A program made the position numbers and the translations under genes. The notes under the pieces were generated by a model that searched no databases, was not told the DNA's origin, and saw nothing but the letters and a program-made list of their open reading frames with translations. A stretch of DNA of 53,636 nt from an uncultured Candidatus Poseidoniales archaeon (GTDB lineage Archaea > Thermoplasmatota > Poseidoniia > Poseidoniales > Thalassarchaeaceae), in contig CAXFIU010000004.1 in assembly GCA_964003245.1 (NCBI GenBank), positions 1 through 53,636 of the forward strand, in the 5' to 3' direction. Shown here in pieces: positions 8,720-16,958 of this stretch (position 1 is its first letter; every line of letters starts with the position of its first letter).

Positions 8720-9685
8720 ATGATGAATTTTTTGTTATCCCTACCCGATTTAGTTTTAGTAATACTTGGTTTTATTTTTTTGATATTTGGAGGAGAAAGT
8801 GTTGTTCAAGGCGCAATTACCATAGCTAGAAAGATGAATGTTTCACCTCTACTAATTGGTTTTACCATAGTGGCTGTCGGAACATCCCTCCCAGAATTAG
8901 CAGTTACAATAAATGCGGTTAGTAGTAACAGTCAGGAACTTGTTGATTTAGCAGTGGGCGGAGTCCTAGGTTCGAATGTTGCTAACGTAATGTTAGTTCT
9001 AGGAACTGCTGCTATGCTTGGAGCCTGCGATAAACCAGGTGTTGAAATTAAAAAAGATGCAATAGCAGTAATTATGGCATCTATAATTTTACTTGTGACC
9101 GTAGTTAGAGGAGAAATAACTCAAATAGTTGGTATTTTAATGATTATTGCTCTAATTAGCTATTATGTTTATTCTTATAATTATTCAAAGAAATTAGGAT
9201 TAGATGAGGAATTAGAAGAAACTTGGATGGGAGAAAATTTGCTATTAGCAATGATGATTACTATTTTGGGCGGAGCAATGATTGTTTTAGGGGCAGAATT
9301 ACTAATTGAAGGATCTGTTGGAATAGCTGACTCATTTGGAATATCAGAATCAATTGTTGGTCTAAGCGTAATTGCATTGGGCACATCCCTACCTGAATTA
9401 GCGGTAACAATGATTGCGGCATTGAGGGGGCACAAGGGAGTAGCAATAGGGAATGTCTTAGGTTCAAATGTCATAAATATCCTTGGAATTCTAGGAATTT
9501 CCTCTGCTTATGCCGGAGGGATTCTAGTTTCTGAAGAGTTTGCTGGGAGAGATATATGGGTAGTCTTAGTAACTTCGGGGCTGGTTGCAGCAATGCTGTT
9601 AAATGAACGTAAAATAACTAAAACGCTAGGAGTGGTTATGGTTATTGGTTACTTATCATACATGACATTACTCTACACAATATGA
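8720..9685 (+). CDS. Calcium/sodium antiporter (YrbG/CaCA family)
   Basis: Two alpha-repeats GTSLPELAV...GSNV and about 10 TM segments. Confidence 0.92.
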   Translation: MMNFLLSLPDLVLVILGFIFLIFGGESVVQGAITIARKMNVSPLLIGFTIVAVGTSLPELAVTINAVSSNSQELVDLAVGGVLGSNVANVMLVLGTAAMLGACDKPGVEIKKDAIAVIMASIILLVTVVRGEITQIVGILMIIALISYYVYSYNYSKKLGLDEELEETWMGENLLLAMMITILGGAMIVLGAELLIEGSVGIADSFGISESIVGLSVIALGTSLPELAVTMIAALRGHKGVAIGNVLGSNVINILGILGISSAYAGGILVSEEFAGRDIWVVLVTSGLVAAMLLNERKITKTLGVVMVIGYLSYMTLLYTI

Positions 9686-9714
9686 ATAATATCTAGCAGA
9701 ACGGCTAAGTCTTA

Positions 9715-10875
9715 ATGCCGCTTGCGAGCATCATGGTTAACTTCGTATTGACTGATGAACAACAAATGTTGCGAGAATTAGCACGTGATTTCGCCAATGA
9801 AGAAATTAAACCAAATGCAGCCCATTGGGATAAAGAAAGCACATATCCGATAGAAGCCATTGCCAAGGCAAATGAGCTCGGATTATTAACTCTAAAAATT
9901 CCTCAGAAATATGGTGGAGGAGGAATGGGCTCATTTGAAGAAGTGTTAGTCTTAGAAGAGCTCGGATTTGGAGATCCTGGATTCGCCACCGCTGCTGGGA
10001 GTTCAATGTTAGCGTCATATCCGCTGATCACAGGCGGAACTGAAGCTCAAAAAGAGAAATATCTTAGAATGGTCACCGAAGGAAAAATTGCAGCCTACTG
10101 TGTAACTGAACCAGGAGCTGGAAGTGATGTACAATCTATTCAAACAGAGGCCGTTAAGGATGGAGATGAATATATTATTAATGGACAGAAAATGTGGATT
10201 ACAGGGGCTGGTTATGCAGACTGGTTTTTCGTTCTCGCGTATACCAATAAAGAATTAGGTTACAGAGGGATGAGTGGATTTATTGTCGATTCTAATCTTG
10301 AAGGAGTGGAGTTGGGTAAGAAAGAGGAAAACATGGGTCAGCGTTGTTCCGATACAAGATCTGTGACATTCAATAATGTCCGAGTCCCAATTGAAAATTT
10401 AGTTGGTGGGAAAGAAAATGATGGGTGGATGAATGCAATGGAAGCATTTGATCTTTCAAGGCCGAGTATCTCATCTCATGCAGTTGGTAATGCAAGAGGA
10501 GCAATGGAAGAAGCTATGAATTATGCTGGTGAAAGAAATGCATTCAATAAACCTATAATCAGGCATCAAGCAATCTCCTTCATGTTGGCAGATATGGCTA
10601 CAAAAATTGAAGCCGCTAGAATGTTAGTTTGGAAGGCCGCTTTGAAAGCAGATTCTGGAGAAAGAAATACTTTAGAGGCAGCGCATGCAAAAAGATTTGC
10701 TGCAGACATGGCGATGGAAGTTACCACTGATGCAGTACAGATTTTCGGCGGTTATGGATACTCTGAAGAATATCCAGTTGCAAGAAGAATGAGAGGGGCA
10801 AAAGTTGTACAAATTTTTGAAGGATCAAGCCAAATTCAACGATTAATAATTAGTAGAGAAATGCTTCGAGATTAG
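9715..10875 (+). CDS. Acyl-CoA dehydrogenase
   Basis: YCVTEPGAGSDV, NGQKMWIT, QIFGGYGY and QIFEGSSQIQR. The start may be ATG 9733. Confidence 0.95.
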   Translation: MPLASIMVNFVLTDEQQMLRELARDFANEEIKPNAAHWDKESTYPIEAIAKANELGLLTLKIPQKYGGGGMGSFEEVLVLEELGFGDPGFATAAGSSMLASYPLITGGTEAQKEKYLRMVTEGKIAAYCVTEPGAGSDVQSIQTEAVKDGDEYIINGQKMWITGAGYADWFFVLAYTNKELGYRGMSGFIVDSNLEGVELGKKEENMGQRCSDTRSVTFNNVRVPIENLVGGKENDGWMNAMEAFDLSRPSISSHAVGNARGAMEEAMNYAGERNAFNKPIIRHQAISFMLADMATKIEAARMLVWKAALKADSGERNTLEAAHAKRFAADMAMEVTTDAVQIFGGYGYSEEYPVARRMRGAKVVQIFEGSSQIQRLIISREMLRD

Positions 10876-10940
10876 ATTGAAAATAAGAACAGATGACCGT
10901 TTCATTCAATACTTATGGAATAATCCGGACATTTGTTAAT

Positions 10941-12929
10941 ATGAGCGGAAGAGTGAATTTAGTCAGAAGAATGACCGCAGTAATGATTCTAGGATTATTA
11001 GTAGTCCCTTTGATAGCATCTTCATCCCCGTTAGAAGTGGATGACTGGAATGACTATTCTGATGAAATTAAATGGTGGGAAAATACAAACATGGATGAAA
11101 ATAAAGATAGAATTCATGATGCCATTTGGATAGCAGCAGAAAATAGGCACTATCAATATCTCGATGAAGAGGGACGGATTTCAGTCATTGTAGACTTCGA
11201 CCACACCCCTACTGAAATTGATCAATGGCTATTGGAAAACAAAGTTGGATTTGTTACACAATTCCGATATTGGCTGATTGATTCTATTGCTGGGACTGTT
11301 GAATTGAATAGAATACACGAATTACTCGAAATACCAGGAGTTGTGTTCATTGAGTTAGATGGAAGATTAGGAATTCAGATGGAAGAGGTAGTCCCGGCGC
11401 ATGGCGTAGACCTAGTATGGCAAGACACAGGCTACACAGGTTCCGGAGTGACAATGGCAATCATTGACACCGGAATCGACGGTAATCATACTGCTCTAGA
11501 CGATTTAGATGATGACAACACCACAAATGACCCTAAAATAGTCGCATTCTATGATGCGATTAACAACCCTGGAGCAACGAATGGAACAGAGATATTCCCC
11601 TATGATGACAATGGCCATGGCACTCACTGTGCAGGCATCACAGCCGGGACAGGCGCCCCTAACTACCAGCATGTTGGTGTGGCGCCCCATGCAAATTTAG
11701 TGGGAGTCAAGGTACTAGACGGAGGTGGAAGCGGATCTTTCGCCGCAGTTATGGCTGGAATGGAATGGACAGTCGAGAAGAGACACGAATTCAATATCAG
11801 AGCGGCCAGTATGAGTCTCGGAGCTCTAACTGGAGCAATTGAATGGACCTCATCAGAAGAGGAGTCTGTCAACAGAATGGCCAATGAAATGATGAGATCT
11901 GGGGTGACTCTTTTTATTGCAGCTGGAAATAGCGGGGGAACTGCAACAATAGGAACTCCGGGGAGTGCGGAGGATGTCATCACTGTAGGGTCTCTAGACA
12001 AGAATACTGCAATTGCGATTTACTCCAGCCAAGGACCCACAGAGGAGGGTAGAGTCAAACCAAACATAGCATTCGTTGGAAGTAGTGTTAATGCCCCTGA
12101 TGCAAACACCGGAGATGGTTATGTAGCACTCTCAGGAACAAGTATGGCAACCCCGGGAGCGGCCGGAGTAGCTGTTCTAATGTATCAGGCCAATCCCGAT
12201 TTAAGTCCTTTTGATGTTAGAAATATAATGCAAGAAACTTCTACTTACAGGCAATGCCATTACATGTTGGCTAACGAGCCTTGTGCTGAGGACTTAATCC
12301 CCAAGAATAGACAAAATAACGTATACGGTCATGGCCACGTTAACGCCCAGCCTGCAGTTGAAGAAGCGGCGAATTACTTCTACGAACTAAGTATGTCTCT
12401 GAACGTAACACTAGACAGCAATTACGGGCAAGATAATCGTGTTCATATTGGACAAGGAGAATCGATTGTATTCAACCTCGAAGGAGGAGTTCAAAAAGTA
12501 CAGTGGAGAACTTGGGACATGAGAGATAATTGGATGGATTTAGCTGAATTTGACATAGGTAATGAGCAGTTTGAGGTAACTCATGGACTTCTTGTAGATC
12601 GGCTTCGATTCCTCCCCAACAACACAGTTGAAGGTGAACAGGTTATTCTGGTACGAGCACTTTCTGGAGATCAAGCCTCAACAAACCTTGCAGTAGGTAT
12701 TAACATCATGGGTGAAGAAAAAATTGAAACAAGTAGTAGCGAATCTAATAACCTGACATTAATTATAGGTTTACTATCTGTTTTAGTAATAATTTTATTT
12801 GTAGCATTAACTGTTGCAACTATCAAATTGAAAGAATCCGGGTTATTTTCTGATGAAATTATTGATGAGGATATGGAAGAATGGATTGAAGATATAGAAT
12901 CTCAATTAGATGATGAAAATAGTGGTTAG
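10941..12929 (+). CDS. Membrane-anchored S8 subtilisin-like serine protease
   Basis: Triad IIDTGID / GHGTHCAG / GTSMATP, oxyanion AAGNSG, signal peptide, propeptide and C-terminal TM helix with acidic tail. Confidence 0.93.
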   Translation: MSGRVNLVRRMTAVMILGLLVVPLIASSSPLEVDDWNDYSDEIKWWENTNMDENKDRIHDAIWIAAENRHYQYLDEEGRISVIVDFDHTPTEIDQWLLENKVGFVTQFRYWLIDSIAGTVELNRIHELLEIPGVVFIELDGRLGIQMEEVVPAHGVDLVWQDTGYTGSGVTMAIIDTGIDGNHTALDDLDDDNTTNDPKIVAFYDAINNPGATNGTEIFPYDDNGHGTHCAGITAGTGAPNYQHVGVAPHANLVGVKVLDGGGSGSFAAVMAGMEWTVEKRHEFNIRAASMSLGALTGAIEWTSSEEESVNRMANEMMRSGVTLFIAAGNSGGTATIGTPGSAEDVITVGSLDKNTAIAIYSSQGPTEEGRVKPNIAFVGSSVNAPDANTGDGYVALSGTSMATPGAAGVAVLMYQANPDLSPFDVRNIMQETSTYRQCHYMLANEPCAEDLIPKNRQNNVYGHGHVNAQPAVEEAANYFYELSMSLNVTLDSNYGQDNRVHIGQGESIVFNLEGGVQKVQWRTWDMRDNWMDLAEFDIGNEQFEVTHGLLVDRLRFLPNNTVEGEQVILVRALSGDQASTNLAVGINIMGEEKIETSSSESNNLTLIIGLLSVLVIILFVALTVATIKLKESGLFSDEIIDEDMEEWIEDIESQLDDENSG

Positions 12930-12930
12930 T

Positions 12931-13488
12931 TTGAAGCCGATTGATGCAATTATACTTGCTGCAGGAGCCAGTGAAAGACTGGGGGAGCCTAAAGCATTGG
13001 TTGATATTCATGGCAAGTCGTTGATCCATATCCTAATTGAGAAGTTAAGAAAATATAATTTAAGAATAATTATCGTAACTCGGAGTGAGTTAGTTTTTGA
13101 AATGAATAAACTAGGCGAGAAAGTAGTAGTTAATACTAAACCTGAGAATGGTAGAACTGGAAGCATACAGTGTGGAATTAAGGAACTAAGAAGTGAAAGA
13201 TGCTTGATAGTACCAGTAGACAGGCCCGGTTTTTCAAATGAAACTATTGAGAGATTAATTAATTGCGATAAAACATCTTGTCCAAGTAAAAATGGCAAAG
13301 GTGGACATCCTGTAATATTATCTAGAAATGATTGTGAAGAAATCCTCTCAAGAAATCCTTCTACTCCCCTTAGAGATATAATTAAACCAATTAAAATTGA
13401 GGTAAATGATGAATATTTACATCTAAACATAGATTATCCCGAAGATTTAGAAAAACTTAGAGAAATTACCATAGAACATAATTTGTGA
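12931..13488 (+). CDS. mocA: Molybdenum cofactor cytidylyltransferase (MocA-like NTP transferase)
   Basis: IILAAGASERLGEPKAL, VPVDRP, GGHPV and NIDYPEDL. Adjacent to xdhC and the Mo-hydroxylase genes. The ORF track extends it to 12910. Confidence 0.78.
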   Translation: MKPIDAIILAAGASERLGEPKALVDIHGKSLIHILIEKLRKYNLRIIIVTRSELVFEMNKLGEKVVVNTKPENGRTGSIQCGIKELRSERCLIVPVDRPGFSNETIERLINCDKTSCPSKNGKGGHPVILSRNDCEEILSRNPSTPLRDIIKPIKIEVNDEYLHLNIDYPEDLEKLREITIEHNL

Positions 13489-13544
13489 TTACCTCCTGAT
13501 AAGAATATGCAAAATCAAAAAGTATAGAACCCTCTCAGAGGTAC

Positions 13545-14390
13545 GTGTCTGTTCATGTTTTATCTTGGGCATTAAGTGAAGTGGAACAAGGACGTAGAGT
13601 TGCTATAGCAACAATAATATCTGCGAAAGGGAGTGTCCCCGGTAAGCCGGGTGCGAAGCTTGCAATTAATTCAAGAATGCAAAATTTCGGAACTGTGGGC
13701 GGAGCAGGCCTAGAACTAAAAATTGAGAAAAAAATGAAAGAATTATTGAATGAAGATGTAAAACTGAATCGGAAAAAGGGAGGGATTATTGAAACATTTT
13801 ATCTTTACAAGGATGCGAAGGGAAAAGAAGGGATAGCTCTTGACAGCCTATGTGGGGGGCAAGTGGAAGTGAGTATCGAAATAATTGAACCCGTACCCCA
13901 CATTTTGATTGCAGGGGGAGGACATGTAGGTAGGTGCGTTGCATTAGTTGCTGATTCATTGGGATGGGATTACTCCATATTTGATGTAAGAAAAGAATAT
14001 TCTAATTCTGAGAAATATCCATTTTCTAATGAAAATATCTCAACGGATGTAGATGATTTTCTTAAATCAGAAGATTCTGAATCTTTAGAGCGTTTTTCAG
14101 ATATTCTACTGTTAGGCCATGACTGGTCAGTTGATCAAGAATTATTATTAGGATTACTAAAATTACGAGAGGAGAAAATAAGACCTAGAATTGGAGCTAT
14201 AGGTTCAACTTCAAAATGGAGCTCATTCAAGAAGGCTGCAATTGAGGATGGCATTAAAGAAAAATGGTTTGAGAATGCTAGATGCCCTATTGGAATAGAT
14301 ATTGGTGCTGAAACACCTGAAGAAATTGGTTTAGCAGTCTGTGCTGAAATTCTAGCATTGGATAGAAAAATCACTCACACGGAGAACTGA
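13545..14390 (+). CDS. xdhC: XdhC/CoxI family molybdoenzyme maturation factor
   Basis: GSVPGKPGAK, GTVGGAGLE, CGG, IAGGGHVG and CPIGIDIGAETPEEIG. Confidence 0.92.
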   Translation: MSVHVLSWALSEVEQGRRVAIATIISAKGSVPGKPGAKLAINSRMQNFGTVGGAGLELKIEKKMKELLNEDVKLNRKKGGIIETFYLYKDAKGKEGIALDSLCGGQVEVSIEIIEPVPHILIAGGGHVGRCVALVADSLGWDYSIFDVRKEYSNSEKYPFSNENISTDVDDFLKSEDSESLERFSDILLLGHDWSVDQELLLGLLKLREEKIRPRIGAIGSTSKWSSFKKAAIEDGIKEKWFENARCPIGIDIGAETPEEIGLAVCAEILALDRKITHTEN

Positions 14391-14416
14391 AAAAGAGATT
14401 ATGTCTCGGTTAATTA

Positions 14417-15631
14417 ATGAAACAACTAGCTGTATCATTAGTATTAGTAATGATTACTGCATCTCTTAGCGGATGTATGTCTGACGATTCAGCTCAAGAA
14501 ACTTTGATTGAAGACGAAGAAATATTCAGAAATTATTCAATTGTTGCCCCTATAGATACTGGAATCAATGTATATCATGATCATTTTAGAACTAATGAAA
14601 CTTATCCCGATTGGTTGCTAGAAGGATTGGGTGTAACAATGACATGTGAACTAACATTTTCTGGAACTTGGCAGGAAAGATATGATGCAGATAAGGAAAG
14701 TTGTTGGGATAAGATTAATTCTACAGACATAGTATATTTCCCAGGTACGAAGATAATAGGAACTACTCCGGACGATAATACTGACATACCAATCCTTGAC
14801 GACCCCTCGGACGGACATGGGACCGCAGTAACTGGGGCAGTACTAGATGCTAATCCTGATGCGATTATTTTCTTTGTTGAGGGGTTTAGTGACGCTGCTG
14901 TTTTGGCAGCCGCTAATCAACCATTAGTAGACATAATTAGTACTAGTTTTGGACCCATAGGTTCGATTCCAGTCCCAGGTATAGAAGATGCAACTGAAGT
15001 AGCGGTAGTCCAAGAAAAGAAGATTCATACAGGGGCTGCTGATAATTCCCCATCACCAGCTGTTCAAGACTCAACAGCCGGACCACCTTGGAGCATAGGG
15101 ATCTCTGGATATGCTGAAGAGGGTGATGACCAGAAAGAAACTATGAGTGGATCATATCCTGACATTGCTGCAGATTGGACTCAAATTTTACCAAATCATG
15201 ATGATATTGATGGTTATCATGAAACCAGCGGAACTTCATTTGCAACGCCTAGGACTGCAGGACTTTTGTCGAAAGTAATTCAACATCTAAGAACTGAATC
15301 AGGAGATTTTTCATCAGGAGCAGATCCTGATCTAAGAAGCGGTTATTTGGTCAATGGAAATAATATGAACATTTCTCAAGCAAATATAAGAGATGCACTG
15401 AATCTTTCAGCATGGTATCCATCATTCAATACCTGGGACCCGCTCTCAGGAACTACTCCTGTTTCCCCAGTTGCTCCATGTACACAAATTGGTTGGGGAG
15501 TAGTGAATGAGTCAAATGTAGAACCAATTATCAACCATCTTAATGGAAACTCAATACAACCAGATAGACCTTCAGATGTCACATTGTGTATGGAGACAAA
15601 TCAAGAAATTCGAGAGATGTACTGGAATTAA
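14417..15631 (+). CDS. S8 serine peptidase lipoprotein
   Basis: Lipobox ASLSGC. Triad PIDTGIN / DGHGTAV / SGTSFATP. Confidence 0.82.
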   Translation: MKQLAVSLVLVMITASLSGCMSDDSAQETLIEDEEIFRNYSIVAPIDTGINVYHDHFRTNETYPDWLLEGLGVTMTCELTFSGTWQERYDADKESCWDKINSTDIVYFPGTKIIGTTPDDNTDIPILDDPSDGHGTAVTGAVLDANPDAIIFFVEGFSDAAVLAAANQPLVDIISTSFGPIGSIPVPGIEDATEVAVVQEKKIHTGAADNSPSPAVQDSTAGPPWSIGISGYAEEGDDQKETMSGSYPDIAADWTQILPNHDDIDGYHETSGTSFATPRTAGLLSKVIQHLRTESGDFSSGADPDLRSGYLVNGNNMNISQANIRDALNLSAWYPSFNTWDPLSGTTPVSPVAPCTQIGWGVVNESNVEPIINHLNGNSIQPDRPSDVTLCMETNQEIREMYWN

Positions 15632-15674
15632 AAATTACCGAGAGGTTCAATAGTAAAAGTACATTCCATCTATT

Positions 15675-16325
15675 ATGCGCAAGGTTGTATTAAGATGGAA
15701 GACCACGTCTTTACAAGGCGCTCAAGAAATTTCGGAGATTCTTGGAATATGTGAAAGAATGGAAATTTTAGGACACTTGGCAATTAATGAAAAAAGTGTC
15801 ACTCAGTTGGCGGAAATAAAACTAAAAGAGGGTCAAGAAATTGAGAAATTTTCTAATTTACAAAATTTCAAGCTAATAGAAGTACATGAGGAAAATGATG
15901 ATGGAGTATTAGTAAGTTTGTTATGCACTCATCCATTAGCAATTTCGGCAATTGAATTATCAAACATACACATACACCCACCCTATGGAATCTCTGAGGA
16001 AAAGGGCATGGAATTAAGAATCTCGGGTCTATCGAATTCTGTAAGTAGATTCATCAAACTAATTAGAATGGTTCTACCACCTGATAATATCTCAGTTCAA
16101 ACATTTCAAAAAGAAGATAATGGGAGTGTTTGGGAATCAATTTTAACGGATAGACAAATAGAAGTTTTGCAGCACGCGATGAGAAAAGGATTCTACAGTA
16201 TTGATAGAAATGTGACTCTGAAACAACTAGCTGATGAGATGAATATGGCAAGAAGTACTTATGGTGAGCACATAAGAAGAGCTGAAGTTGAAATTATGAA
16301 TAAAGTAATGAAGGATTTAGAATAA
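15675..16325 (+). CDS. HTH_10 (bacterio-opsin-activator-like) transcriptional regulator
   Basis: C-terminal LTDRQIEVLQHAMRKGFY...VTLKQLADEMNMARSTYGEHIRRAE. Confidence 0.88.
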   Translation: MRKVVLRWKTTSLQGAQEISEILGICERMEILGHLAINEKSVTQLAEIKLKEGQEIEKFSNLQNFKLIEVHEENDDGVLVSLLCTHPLAISAIELSNIHIHPPYGISEEKGMELRISGLSNSVSRFIKLIRMVLPPDNISVQTFQKEDNGSVWESILTDRQIEVLQHAMRKGFYSIDRNVTLKQLADEMNMARSTYGEHIRRAEVEIMNKVMKDLE

Positions 16326-16382
16326 GAAGAGAGTGTCAATCCGAATGCTCAAATGGAGAGCCCGTGTGGTGAGGATGTTAGC

Positions 16383-16949
16383 ATGAGTGTCATACGCCTA
16401 CCAATGCTTCCCGGTCCTGAAAAAATACCATGGAAAGCGGAAGTAAATGGTAAAGAAATTTCTAAGCATGTTGAGAGCAATGCAATACTTCTAGATGTCT
16501 TAAGAGATCAAGTAGGGACTTTGGGGGTTAAGAGAGGTTGTGACATGGGTACATGTGGATGTTGTTCAGTATTAGTTGATGGAAAACCGAAACTATCCTG
16601 TCTAGTTTTAGCTCAAGAAGTTAAAGATTGTAAGATTACCACAGTAGAAGGTTTGGCAGATGGCCACCATTTGCATCCTATTCAAGAAATGTTTAGTGAA
16701 TATGGAGGAAGTCAGTGTGGTTTTTGTACACCCGGTTTCTTAGTAGTAATTTCATCATTATTAGAAGAAAATTCAACACCAAATGATTCAGAAATTAAAA
16801 CTGCAATAGAAGGAAATTTATGTAGATGTACGGGATACCAGCAAATCATAGAATCAGTTAAAGCAGCCAGTGAATTATTAGTCGCAGGAAAAAATATTGA
16901 CAATACAACTGATCCTAAAAGTAACCCTAATCCTGGATTTGAAAATTGA
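16383..16949 (+). CDS. Mo-hydroxylase small [2Fe-2S] subunit (HcrC/CoxS-like)
   Basis: GCDMGTCGCCSV, SCL, QCGFCTPG and GNLCRCTGY. An alternative start is 16353. Confidence 0.92.
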   Translation: MSVIRLPMLPGPEKIPWKAEVNGKEISKHVESNAILLDVLRDQVGTLGVKRGCDMGTCGCCSVLVDGKPKLSCLVLAQEVKDCKITTVEGLADGHHLHPIQEMFSEYGGSQCGFCTPGFLVVISSLLEENSTPNDSEIKTAIEGNLCRCTGYQQIIESVKAASELLVAGKNIDNTTDPKSNPNPGFEN

Positions 16950-16958
16950 GGTATCTAA

